Assembly (NCBI GenBank): GCA_016214885.1 | Contig: JACRMP010000037.1 | Location: 7,675-71,674, forward strand | Length of the DNA: 64,000 nucleotides | Reading direction: 5' to 3' | DNA from: Candidatus Gottesmanbacteria bacterium | GTDB lineage: Bacteria; Patescibacteriota; Microgenomatia; UBA10105; UBA927 | Shown: positions 1 to 8,811 of the stretch, piece after piece | How positions within the stretch are numbered: position 1 is the first letter of the stretch | Layout: each line of letters begins with the position of its first letter | Position numbers and translations under genes: made by a program | Notes under the pieces: model-generated | Database searches by the model: none | What the model was told of the DNA's origin: nothing | Seen by the model: only the letters and a program-made list of their open reading frames with translations

Positions 1-205
1 TTCAGGAGGTGCCCTACCTATGCAATATCTTCGACCTTTCGGTCGCCTTCTTGCATGGCAGCGTCATAAAGACGCGGGTTTCCCCATTCGGAAACCGCCG
101 GATCGCAGGATGTTGACTCCTCCCCGACGAATATCGCTGCCAACTACGTCCTTCTTCGGCACAACAGCCCAAGGCATCCATTATCGACTTGTAGCGTTGC
201 GGAGA
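1..205 (-). rRNA. rrl: 23S rRNA, 5' portion; gene continues beyond window start
   Basis: The reverse complement of ~30-200 contains ATGGATGCCTTGG, GAAGGACGT, CGGTTTCCGAATGGGGAAACCC and CATAGGTAGGG...CTGAA, which match conserved 5'-proximal 23S elements (E. coli-like GGATGCCCTGG / CCGAATGGGGAAACCC). The 5' end is estimated near 205. Confidence 0.7.
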
Positions 206-454
206 ACAAAAGATATCAGGGTAAAACCCTGATTCCCTGTCTCCTCGACAAAAAATGGCCACGATAAGTGGGAACATTCCCCCTTACGCGGCAACTACCT
301 CATACTTACTATCAAATTTTGTACAACAGGAGTTTCACCTATTCTGTACAAAAGTCATTTGGAAGTCATGTTAAAGAGCAACTCGCGCTCTTGTCGCGAA
401 GACGCCGGCTATATATAAATAGTAGGCTCCTTCGATACACGAGCATTTTCTTTG

Positions 455-527
455 TGGACCCGGGCGGAGTCGAACCGCCTGCCTCTTCATTGCAAATGAA
501 GCGTTCAACCAGGTAAACTTCGGGCCC
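455..527 (-). tRNA. tRNA-Ala (anticodon UGC)
   Basis: The reverse complement folds as a cloverleaf: acceptor GGGCCCG/CGGGTCC with a G3:U70 wobble (the Ala identity element), D-stem GTTT/GAAC with a GG-containing loop, anticodon stem CTTCA/TGAAG with loop TTTGCAA (UGC), T-arm GGCGG-TTCGACT-CCGCC and discriminator A. CCA is not encoded. Confidence 0.8.
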
Positions 528-602
528 TTCCCTACTCAGGGGGATCCGAAAGCGAACCTGAGCAGTTCTCTCCGTTGATCCAATTGTTAAATGTGCAAAA
601 AG

Positions 603-631
603 GGAATAAAAAATCCCGCCTTTATGCGGGA
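603..631 (-). terminator. Rho-independent terminator closing the minus-strand hypothetical-gene cluster
   Basis: Hairpin ATCCCGC-CTTTAT-GCGGGAT (612..631) is followed on the minus strand by a T-run (reverse complement of 601..611 = TTTTTTATTCC). It lies downstream of the last cluster gene (839..1723). Confidence 0.5.
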
Positions 632-838
632 TCAGGACTCTCTCCTTGTAAGAAGTTCTACATCACACGCAAACGTCGCCGGTTTCGGTTGGTTTTGTAT
701 GAAGTGGTGATTCTCATGAAAAAGAAAAGTCTTGCCTCCGCATTCCGTATCACCGAATTATTGGTGAACAAAGGCAAAAGGTATTGTACCTGCGTGATAA
801 TTTGCTGTCAACCCCCTAATCGGAGGAGAAGATGCGGC

Positions 839-1723
839 TTATGTTATTGATCTCGCGAGGAGTCCTGAAAGTTCAGCGCCATCCATTTTATCGGCCTCCC
901 GGTTATTCCGGATAAACACCCCAAGCCCCATGTAGAGCATCTTGCCGGTAGCAGTATGCAGCGATGATTTCTCCTGAAGCATAGAAAGGCGTGTCACCAC
1001 CTGCTCAAATAAGGCGCCTGCAATAGGCACCTGCGATATAATACGCATATAGCTTTCGAGGGTAGCTCCGTTTACCAAATCGTTGGTCTTTTCAAAACCT
1101 ACCTGCAGCGTATCAGCGCCTTTGTCGGCCACCTCGTGGATATAACCCCTCTTCCCTGAAAGATGTTCGACAAGCATATTACCGAGTGCGGTTGCATATT
1201 TATCATTTAATACCTCAACAACTTTTTTCATACCGCCAACGCGCGCATTGAAGCGCAAATCGTCAGGAGTCATGAGCTTGGCATCTTTCTTAACTACCGG
1301 AAATAGCTTTTCAAGCGGCTTACTGGTTGCATAATCAAATGCGGTAAAAAGCGCAATTACCCCGGAAAATGCGGCTACCCGCTCCAGGCGTTCTTTTGCC
1401 CCGCCGATGTCTTTGCCGCCGCGGAAGTCCGCGTCTATCTTGCGGACGTGCTGCCCCATATGAGATACAAAGCTACCCGGTTTATATATCGCTTCATACA
1501 GCGCTTCGCGGAGCGCATCAAACTGCGGAGGCTTCTTTTTTTTGTCATACGGGGAATGTTCACCAACCTGGAATACTTGCTCCCAGTGCTTTTTCCGGTC
1601 TTCCATATATGCCTTCTTCCATGCGGCTGCCCCATCACCTGAGGGCGGGGTTGCAGGCTTTACTGTTTCTGCAGTAGTGGGGTAAGTTACTTTTACTGAT
1701 AAGGTTTCGACAGTCATATACAA
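839..1723 (-). CDS. hypothetical protein (cluster member A8)
   Basis: 294-aa ORF with no recognisable catalytic motifs. Its N-terminal region carries a W..Y..E..H..KKKKPPQFDAL motif also seen in other cluster proteins. Confidence 0.55.
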   Translation of the reverse strand: MYMTVETLSVKVTYPTTAETVKPATPPSGDGAAAWKKAYMEDRKKHWEQVFQVGEHSPYDKKKKPPQFDALREALYEAIYKPGSFVSHMGQHVRKIDADFRGGKDIGGAKERLERVAAFSGVIALFTAFDYATSKPLEKLFPVVKKDAKLMTPDDLRFNARVGGMKKVVEVLNDKYATALGNMLVEHLSGKRGYIHEVADKGADTLQVGFEKTNDLVNGATLESYMRIISQVPIAGALFEQVVTRLSMLQEKSSLHTATGKMLYMGLGVFIRNNREADKMDGAELSGLLARSIT

Positions 1724-1809
1724 AAATGATGCCTCACTTAGGCATCAGCGACAGTATAGCATATTATTATCCTATAACAATATGTAGCAATAGCCTGTCC
1801 TGACGCTCT

Positions 1810-2535
1810 TTATAACGGTTTTATGTTTTTCCCGATGTGGAACCCGGTAATGGCTTTCCCAAAAATACTCTGACCGAGCTTTGAGGTAGCGGTTTCTAAC
1901 AGGTGGTCAGATTTTTCATGAAGCCAGGTAACTGCGCTTCCTACAATCGGCAACTCTTCGACAATACGGAACGCAGCTTCCACGTTTACCGGATTAAAGA
2001 AATCAGCTGATGCGTAGGCAAGCTTGATCTTGCCATAAGTTTGCGGCACGGTATGACCGTGATGTACTTTTGTTTTTCCGTAAAGCCGGTCGGCCAAGAA
2101 TACCTGGGATATCACATTCCCCCACTCCGCAAGGAACGCGGATGTTTCAGAAACATACTTTGCATCATCAACGCCGGTCATAGCGCGAACCCAGGCATTA
2201 GCCACGCTGGCATATATGCTGTCCGATGCCCATTCTTCCACAAATTCCAAAGCAAACTGCTTACCTTGTGCGGACTTAGCCGCTTCTTTAAACTGAGGAC
2301 CTTTAGCTTTAAGCTCATGAATGCGGTCATGCATCGGCTCACGGATTACTTTGTCGACAAGGTGGCTTTCTGCAAAATCAACTGCAGTGGCTCCCACGAG
2401 GATAGTCGTGTTGATTCCTAGCCGCTTAAGGCTGTCTCCAGGCTGGGATTCATGTTTTTTTTCGGGGATAAGCAGACGCTGGAACCCCTGTTCTGCCGGG
2501 GTATATGCTCGTGTTGGTGCTGCTTCTTTATGCAT
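1810..2535 (-). CDS. hypothetical protein (cluster member A7)
   Basis: 241-aa ORF, co-directional and tightly spaced with its neighbours. No known motifs. Confidence 0.55.
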   Translation of the reverse strand: MHKEAAPTRAYTPAEQGFQRLLIPEKKHESQPGDSLKRLGINTTILVGATAVDFAESHLVDKVIREPMHDRIHELKAKGPQFKEAAKSAQGKQFALEFVEEWASDSIYASVANAWVRAMTGVDDAKYVSETSAFLAEWGNVISQVFLADRLYGKTKVHHGHTVPQTYGKIKLAYASADFFNPVNVEAAFRIVEELPIVGSAVTWLHEKSDHLLETATSKLGQSIFGKAITGFHIGKNIKPL

Positions 2536-2627
2536 AGGTTATACAACAAACCCAAACACATAGTTTGGGAATAAAAGGAGTATACCACAAAAAGTGTCCT
2601 ATAGCAATAGCTACTTGGGGATGCCGC

Positions 2628-2921
2628 TTATACGGAAAGGAGGCCCAATCCGGCGTTAATCAAACCGAGTGATTCCTCATGCTTCTTTTTTTCTTCCAGT
2701 GACATATCTTTTGTTGTGTGGCCCAAAAGCGACCGAATCTGCTGGGTGTGTTTTGTAATGGCAGCCTGATACTCCCGGTCAAATGCATCAATCCCCGCTT
2801 CCAGCTGTGCTTTGTCTTCTTCGCTGGCTTCTGCCATAGCTACCAGCACATCGACTTTTTGTGCATCACTGAATAATTTGGTTGCCTGAATTTTTTTGTT
2901 AATCCTCAAGTCGTTCATCAT
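2628..2921 (-). CDS. small helical hypothetical protein (paralog family T, copy 3)
   Basis: Start placed at the internal MMNDL, preceded by AGAGGGGGT (Shine-Dalgarno). The N-terminus shares the pattern I.A.....FSDAQK..VL with copies at 3913..4227 and 5124..5381. Confidence 0.55.
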   Translation of the reverse strand: MMNDLRINKKIQATKLFSDAQKVDVLVAMAEASEEDKAQLEAGIDAFDREYQAAITKHTQQIRSLLGHTTKDMSLEEKKKHEESLGLINAGLGLLSV

Positions 2922-3876
2922 ACCCCCTCTTTTTATTGTATTTATTATAGGAATTGCCGTAATACACGTTCTCCCCTTTATTAGGGGCACCTGCTTTGCC
3001 GCCCGACCAATCCTTTAATTTTCTGGTCTGACGGAGCTCTTTGTAATTCTTAGCAAATGTCGATAACCCATTCCACATCATTTCTACACCCAGTTGGGTA
3101 ACGGGGTTTGAGAGATTAAAAATACTTCCGACCATTCCCCGCTCTGCAACAGATGTAAGAGTGCGTTTATGAAGTAATTGCTTTTGCCCCGGCTTATGAA
3201 TTCCTAATGCATCATTCATCTGCATAACAGACCCTTCGACGCCAAATGGATACTTTTTTGGCGCACGCTGTTTATTCCCCCGGTATCCACCCCGGTATTT
3301 CCACTTCTCCACCCGTTTCTCTTTAATACGGGAAGCAGCACCTTTCATTTCATCTGGAATACTCTGCACAAAACCGGCTTCAAAGGCATTCGCAGCCAAT
3401 GAACGCAAAACATGCGGTGATTCAACTTGGGTAAAAATTGGCTGTGACCGGTAAGCAATAAAGTTATATAACGCAGCGAGCGCCACATCCTGTGTTCCTT
3501 CTTTTACAAAATGGGATATACGCGGATGCTTTTCTGACAATGCAGCAAGTTTTTTACCGGCACTCTCCCCCATGACAAACCGTTCAAAAATGGGGCCTTC
3601 CCCCCGCCAGGCCTTACTGAACATATCATCGGTTGCCAACTCTAGCCCCGCTCCCACCGCTCCGGTAAGCGCCCCGCGGGCCACGCGCATCAGTGCACTG
3701 TCGCCGTCAAACTTCCGTTTTGCCATGTCATTTGCCGAACGGATGTCGCTCACCATATCTGCGGCGGCCTTACCCAATCGCATAAACAACGATTGCTCCT
3801 TGGTTATTTTTTCAGGCAAAGGAGCGGAAGCCTCTTTTGGCAGCCAATGTTGCGGTATTTCGGCATGTTGTTGCAT
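2899..3876 (-). CDS. hypothetical protein (cluster member A6)
   Basis: 325-aa ORF with a glycine-zipper-like segment (GALTGAVGAGLEL) and a Lys/Tyr/Asn-rich C-terminus. Confidence 0.55.
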   Translation of the reverse strand: MQQHAEIPQHWLPKEASAPLPEKITKEQSLFMRLGKAAADMVSDIRSANDMAKRKFDGDSALMRVARGALTGAVGAGLELATDDMFSKAWRGEGPIFERFVMGESAGKKLAALSEKHPRISHFVKEGTQDVALAALYNFIAYRSQPIFTQVESPHVLRSLAANAFEAGFVQSIPDEMKGAASRIKEKRVEKWKYRGGYRGNKQRAPKKYPFGVEGSVMQMNDALGIHKPGQKQLLHKRTLTSVAERGMVGSIFNLSNPVTQLGVEMMWNGLSTFAKNYKELRQTRKLKDWSGGKAGAPNKGENVYYGNSYNKYNKKRGYDERLED

Positions 3877-3912
3877 AGCGTTATTTAAGCGTATAGGAGT
3901 TTGACAGTCCCG

Positions 3913-4227
3913 TCAAACACCGTCGTGTTGCGGAAAAAACTCCGCTGATTGTTTTTTTGCCTTATCCAATACATCCCGTTTTTCATCTTCAGTTAAATCG
4001 CTCGCCGCTACTTCTTCCTCAAATGCGCGTAGCGCCTTCGCAAGATCAGTGCGTAATGCTTTTTCCCGGTACACGGAATGCGTATCAAACGCCTCAAGCA
4101 TGTCCTCCACCCGTTTTCGATAATCATCGGGAAGGGTTTCCGGCTGATCCAATAACTCCTTTTTCTGGTCATCAGATAACACCCTGCTTTTATTTACTGC
4201 AGTAATAAATGCTTGGATATTTGCCAT
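3913..4227 (-). CDS. small helical hypothetical protein (paralog family T, copy 2)
   Basis: Start at MANIQAFITAVNKSRVLSDDQKKELLD, preceded by a GGAGGG Shine-Dalgarno. Paralogous N-terminal motif as above. Confidence 0.55.
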   Translation of the reverse strand: MANIQAFITAVNKSRVLSDDQKKELLDQPETLPDDYRKRVEDMLEAFDTHSVYREKALRTDLAKALRAFEEEVAASDLTEDEKRDVLDKAKKQSAEFFPQHDGV

Positions 4228-4228
4228 A

Positions 4229-5107
4229 TTATGTATGCCCTCCGTTAGTTGAAGGAGTATTGAATTGTTTAGCAATCAGCATGTTGTAGGCTAAATTTGT
4301 CGCAAACGGCATAACTCCTTTAGCTTGGATAAGCTGCCTGTTTGCGCTTGCATACATGCGCTCGACGAGTGCTCCTACCACAGGAATCGCACCGCCGAAC
4401 CGGAACGCACTTTCTATAAAGCCGGGATTTACGAATGAATTTACTACCCGTATATTTTTGGTTCCTGCATCAAACATAACGCCAGTCGCATTCACTATCG
4501 TGTTGCCTACCGCAGCTATAGTCCGCGATAGCGGGGAAACAAATCCGATATTGTCCCGGTTTGTAGCGGCCCTGGTGGCCACATCGGCGGCAGACCCTAC
4601 CAGCGCATCCGTGACAAACTCCCAGCCTACTTCAAGCGCCGCTTTGTTGCCGCTTTCCTTAAGGTTTATGGGCTTAAAAGGCCACACCCGGGCGCTTTCC
4701 AGCTTGAACAGCTTTTTTTGTGCAATAAGATCCCCCATTCTATCTAATCCGAATGATCCTGCCCCCAACACAAAAAAGGTAAGGAGCCTTCCCAGCTTAT
4801 GCGGCAGCTCCCTCCCACGAAGCTTGGCATCCAGTGCATTCACGCGCTCACCCAAGCTCGCGAACGTCGTTTTTTCATTGACATTTTTTATGGTTTCGGC
4901 GGTCATCATGGCAAGATTTCCCTGTACCGCTCCCGCTTCTCCCCGCTCAGCTAATGCTATGGGGGCTGCGACATCAAACACCTCCTGTAAATACTTATGA
5001 AACAGCGTATCGGCTTTTTTCTCAGGGGTTTTGCGTTCTGCTGATCCCTTGCCGACGTACACCCAATCAGTCTTGCCGTGAAAATTCTGTGTAATACTTT
5101 CTGCCAT
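4229..5107 (-). CDS. hypothetical protein (cluster member A5)
   Basis: 292-aa ORF with a glycine-zipper segment (FFVLGAGSFGLDRMGDL) and an N-terminal W.Y...E..PEKKADTLF motif. Confidence 0.55.
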   Translation of the reverse strand: MAESITQNFHGKTDWVYVGKGSAERKTPEKKADTLFHKYLQEVFDVAAPIALAERGEAGAVQGNLAMMTAETIKNVNEKTTFASLGERVNALDAKLRGRELPHKLGRLLTFFVLGAGSFGLDRMGDLIAQKKLFKLESARVWPFKPINLKESGNKAALEVGWEFVTDALVGSAADVATRAATNRDNIGFVSPLSRTIAAVGNTIVNATGVMFDAGTKNIRVVNSFVNPGFIESAFRFGGAIPVVGALVERMYASANRQLIQAKGVMPFATNLAYNMLIAKQFNTPSTNGGHT

Positions 5108-5123
5108 AGTATGGGTTAATTGA

Positions 5124-5381
5124 TTATTGAGCCTTACCGCTCCCTATATACACTTTCTCACTGCCCCCGCGCTCAAGTTCGGCAAGCATAATGTCGAGTT
5201 TTTGTTTTACATCATCTTCGTTAGCGAGGATAAACTGCCGCTCCGCAGCAAAAAACTTCCCCAATGCATCCGTCTGGCGATCCGTTAAACCCGGCACCAA
5301 ATCCAAAAGCATTAATCTATCCTCATCGGACAAAATAATACTTGCTTCAATTAGCGTTACTAGTGCAATTTTTTTATTCAT
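5124..5381 (-). CDS. small helical hypothetical protein (paralog family T, copy 1)
   Basis: 85 aa, MNKKIALVTLIEASIILSDEDRLMLLD, preceded by an AGAGGG Shine-Dalgarno. It overlaps the upstream gene's stop by 4 nt. Confidence 0.55.
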   Translation of the reverse strand: MNKKIALVTLIEASIILSDEDRLMLLDLVPGLTDRQTDALGKFFAAERQFILANEDDVKQKLDIMLAELERGGSEKVYIGSGKAQ

Positions 5382-6439
5382 ACAGAAGCCCTCTGCGGCA
5401 TGGGTGTAAACACCTCAGCCGCTTTTGCCACCTGCGGATTCTTCAATTTATCTATTTTTTTACTGAAGTGCGAAACAATAATATCTTTGGCTTTCTTAGC
5501 CCCCTCAAAACTCATTTTTGTTTCTTCATACCGGTTATGAAGGTATTGCCACGCAGGAGGAATAAGCCCTGCCCATACTTGCCCGAATAATTCTGCTCCG
5601 AATGAACCAAACACCACAACACTGGGCACATCAGGTGTGGGATCAATAATAGGCCCCAACGAATGAAGGAGTGTATGCTTACCGGCAACTTTGAGTCTAT
5701 GTCCTGCTTTTTCCCCAAATGTTGTAGCCGTCACCTCTCCCCTGGCGGAAGATAATATTTTTTCTGCGTCCGTTAACGCTTTACCGCTTTTTACGGCTTT
5801 TTCATAATTTAATACATAATCAGCATCCCGCAGATCATGGACAATGTGCTTCCTTACAAACTGGGAAACCTTACCTTCGACGGCCACTCCTTTTTTAAGC
5901 CCCTTCTCTAGACCCGCTTTTGCCACTCTTGTCGCCTGGCTTGCCTCCTGTGTTGCTACTGCCAATGCTGCTTTAGCCGCATCTGCCTTTTGCCTGGCCC
6001 TCTCGCTTTTACTAAACCACCCCGCCCACCGCTCAGCCTTTGATGCTGTTTTTTGTGCTTTAATAGCTGCAGTTTCTGCGTAAGCTGCTTTGTTTACCTT
6101 AGAGGCTAAACTCTCAATCTTGGCTCCCCCTTTTGCCAGAGCTATCCCCTCACTGGCGAGCGGCACAAACGGGATTATGGCTAATGCAGCTTTCACATCC
6201 TTAAATGCGATCCCCATCCTTTTTTTGAACATATCCTTATACAACCCGCCGAGCGATGCCAGAAGGCTCATCTGTTCGGTATTGGTCGTCACGTCGGCAC
6301 CAATAAGCGCACGGTTTGCTTCTACAGCTGCTTTTGCATCACCGATATGATTCCCCAACTCCGGAGAAACAGACATTCTGTTCTCGAGGGTCTCAGGAGA
6401 AAAATCATTCATAGCTTCAGTATGGGGCGTTTCTCTCAT
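5378..6439 (-). CDS. hypothetical Ala/Lys-rich coiled-coil protein (cluster member A4)
   Basis: 353 aa with a long Ala-rich helical region and a glycine-containing hydrophobic segment (LLASLGGLY...IIPFVPLASEGIALAKGG). Confidence 0.55.
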   Translation of the reverse strand: MRETPHTEAMNDFSPETLENRMSVSPELGNHIGDAKAAVEANRALIGADVTTNTEQMSLLASLGGLYKDMFKKRMGIAFKDVKAALAIIPFVPLASEGIALAKGGAKIESLASKVNKAAYAETAAIKAQKTASKAERWAGWFSKSERARQKADAAKAALAVATQEASQATRVAKAGLEKGLKKGVAVEGKVSQFVRKHIVHDLRDADYVLNYEKAVKSGKALTDAEKILSSARGEVTATTFGEKAGHRLKVAGKHTLLHSLGPIIDPTPDVPSVVVFGSFGAELFGQVWAGLIPPAWQYLHNRYEETKMSFEGAKKAKDIIVSHFSKKIDKLKNPQVAKAAEVFTPMPQRASV

Positions 6440-6458
6440 TTTCGCAAGCGAACAGCCC

Positions 6459-8681
6459 TTATCGTTTTGGCCGGGCGATAGCCTCCAGCACCTGATGATC
6501 AGAAAGCGTCGGTTTCGCCCCTATTCGGGGAGCAGTATCCCGTATATTTATCTTCTCAAAATCAATAATTTTCTCGGAAATATTCTCAAACACCGGATCA
6601 TGGGTAATAGCTACTACCGTCATATCGGGGCGTTCCTTTCGCAGGCGCTGGATAATATCCATCACCTGTTGGGCTGATGCTTCGTCGAGACTCGCTGTCG
6701 GCTCGTCCAGCACCAATATTTTTGGATTCTTAAGCAGTGCCCGCGCAATCCCAATCCGCCGCAGCTCTCCGCCAGAAAAATGTTTTGTCGTAGTATCCAG
6801 ACGATCCTGCAAATGCTCTAAACGAAGGTCTTTAAGTATTTTCGTTATAACGGTATCGGGCACGTTTTTATGCGACCACAACAGCAGGTTTTCTTTAAGC
6901 GTCATCCCTTCCAGAATTTGCGGGTTCTGGTTGGCATACCCCACCATAGTAGCCAGCGCCTCAGGGCCGTATTTTTTGATACCATCAATGGGAATTCCCC
7001 CGATTGCCACTGTGCCTGATTCGGGGGTATAGAGACCCACAAGGTTGCGGATAAATGTTGTCTTACCTGTCCCCGATTCGCCTTTAATTGTCACAAACGA
7101 GCCTTGTGGTATATCCAGCGATACATTCCGTACTATCCCCTTGTAGGAAAGGTTTTCGATATGGATGTCCGTATTAGCTAATTTTGTCACGGGTATACGT
7201 GCCCGTTCTTTTGGACCATTGGGGCGGTCTAACGTATCATATTTCCCCAGAAGCTCTTCCATGCGCCGTATATCCTGGATATCCGGGATGATGTTGTCTA
7301 CATACATACGCGTGAGACCGGCAAATGCTGCTCTCATCTCCATCTGTTGGTTTTTGGAATTGATTACCCGGGAAAGCGCATCGACCCCGAAATTAAATGC
7401 GCCTTCTCCTGATAATTTGCCGGGCGGCCTTTTTTGATTAAATTCAATAGCTTCACTCATAAACGGCAGCACAACATCCATCGCATCAAACAACATATTC
7501 ATCTGCCGCTGGCTTGCGAGCTTTTGCCGGAGCCCCTTGCTTGCCACCGTGTCCCGTTCCGTCAATAAATCGAGCATACTATCAGCACCGCTGGTTGCAC
7601 TCCCTGATGTCCGGACGGATTCAAGGCCTGCTAGCGTTGTCATAAGCTTTGTGTTCACTTTATCCATTCTAGCCAGCTCTGCCGCTCTGTTCTTCTGCAT
7701 TAGTTTTGCGTTCTGTTCACTGCGCATCAGCAAAAACGGCATTTTAATAAGCGTCGAGGCAAACTCCAATTTTCCCGTCACATACTGTCTCGGCAACTGG
7801 CTGAGTATCGAAAACATGGTGGGCAAAAACTCGGTATAGGTAGTGCGGACAAGGTCAATGGTAGATAGCTTACCGTTATTAATAATCTCCATTATCTCCC
7901 CCGCCGGCTTATCGTGAAGAAACTCAAAATCCCGCATAAATAACGATTCCGCTATCCGGGTATTTACCGCGCGCTGCAGATTCTGCCCTTCACGAACAAT
8001 GAGCTTATGGGCAAATTTTTCGGCCTGCCTCCCCACAAACCAATGTGCGGTTCCCGCAACCCACGGCCAGGTAGCGGAAAGCAATAATCCCAGCGCCTTC
8101 TTTTTCGTTTCCCCGGGGAGACGCTTAAGCGTTGCTCCAAGCTCCTGTAATGGCGTTTGACGCGCCTGCAGGAGCTCCAAACCATTCTCTACCTTGTCGG
8201 TAAACGCCTTCCTGGCATCTTCACTTATCCATGGCTTCGTCTGATAGCCACCAATAACACTGCCTGCCAGGTCGGTGGCAGCGTATATGCCGGTTACTGT
8301 CTGCCAATTACCGCTGCCTAATTTATAGGTGGTGAATAACTCCCCCATTACATCACGGTATTCCTGCATATTGATAACAGTTGGAGATTCTGGGGAAGTT
8401 GAAGGTTCGGGAGTTAGGCCGCTTTTTTTCCGGGCATAAGCAGCTTCTGCCTGGGCCATAACCGCTTTGTAGTCGTCTTTGCCGGCAATCAAACCTTCGT
8501 TCATGAGGTCGTGACCCACTGAAGTCGTTAAATCTTTAAGTTCATTAGGGTCAGGTGATTCGTTCTTGGAGACTTTTTGCGCTACCCGCGCTGCAGAAAC
8601 TAATGTCTCGGGTGATATCGCAAAAGGCGCAACCTCGCTTTGGGGCTTTTCAATGCGTTTACTTGATACCTCTGCCGTCAT
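6459..8681 (-). CDS. atypical ABC transporter ATPase fusion protein (N-terminal ~480-aa non-canonical domain plus C-terminal NBD)
   Basis: C-terminal Walker A GESGTGKTT, ABC signature FSGGELRRIGIARAL, Walker B ILVLDEPTASLD and H-loop AITHD. The middle region has an ABC-exporter ICL1-like motif (FLHDKPAGEIMEII...D) but only 1-2 convincingly hydrophobic helices. An extra ~180-aa N-terminal extension is present. Confidence 0.75.
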   Translation of the reverse strand: MTAEVSSKRIEKPQSEVAPFAISPETLVSAARVAQKVSKNESPDPNELKDLTTSVGHDLMNEGLIAGKDDYKAVMAQAEAAYARKKSGLTPEPSTSPESPTVINMQEYRDVMGELFTTYKLGSGNWQTVTGIYAATDLAGSVIGGYQTKPWISEDARKAFTDKVENGLELLQARQTPLQELGATLKRLPGETKKKALGLLLSATWPWVAGTAHWFVGRQAEKFAHKLIVREGQNLQRAVNTRIAESLFMRDFEFLHDKPAGEIMEIINNGKLSTIDLVRTTYTEFLPTMFSILSQLPRQYVTGKLEFASTLIKMPFLLMRSEQNAKLMQKNRAAELARMDKVNTKLMTTLAGLESVRTSGSATSGADSMLDLLTERDTVASKGLRQKLASQRQMNMLFDAMDVVLPFMSEAIEFNQKRPPGKLSGEGAFNFGVDALSRVINSKNQQMEMRAAFAGLTRMYVDNIIPDIQDIRRMEELLGKYDTLDRPNGPKERARIPVTKLANTDIHIENLSYKGIVRNVSLDIPQGSFVTIKGESGTGKTTFIRNLVGLYTPESGTVAIGGIPIDGIKKYGPEALATMVGYANQNPQILEGMTLKENLLLWSHKNVPDTVITKILKDLRLEHLQDRLDTTTKHFSGGELRRIGIARALLKNPKILVLDEPTASLDEASAQQVMDIIQRLRKERPDMTVVAITHDPVFENISEKIIDFEKINIRDTAPRIGAKPTLSDHQVLEAIARPKR

Positions 8682-8811
8682 ATCACTATTGTAAACACAT
8701 TTGGATACGTTGTCATTTGACAGAGGTCATAGATACACCGTGATATCCCATGGGAAAACGGAACCCACCGATAAACCATACGGCCACAATACAGCGGTAT
8801 TTACTATAACG

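Noticed and set aside
1-20. AGGAGGTG near the window start as a possible 16S 3' end (anti-Shine-Dalgarno region)
   Set aside because: On the minus strand the surrounding sequence aligns to 23S domain I (CATAGGT...GGGGAACTGAAACATC-like), not to the 16S 3' terminus.
14-516. ORFs 14..277(-), 20..232(+) and 268..516(+) from the six-frame track
   Set aside because: They lie wholly inside the 23S rRNA 5' region and the tRNA-Ala gene. These are spurious translations of structural RNA.
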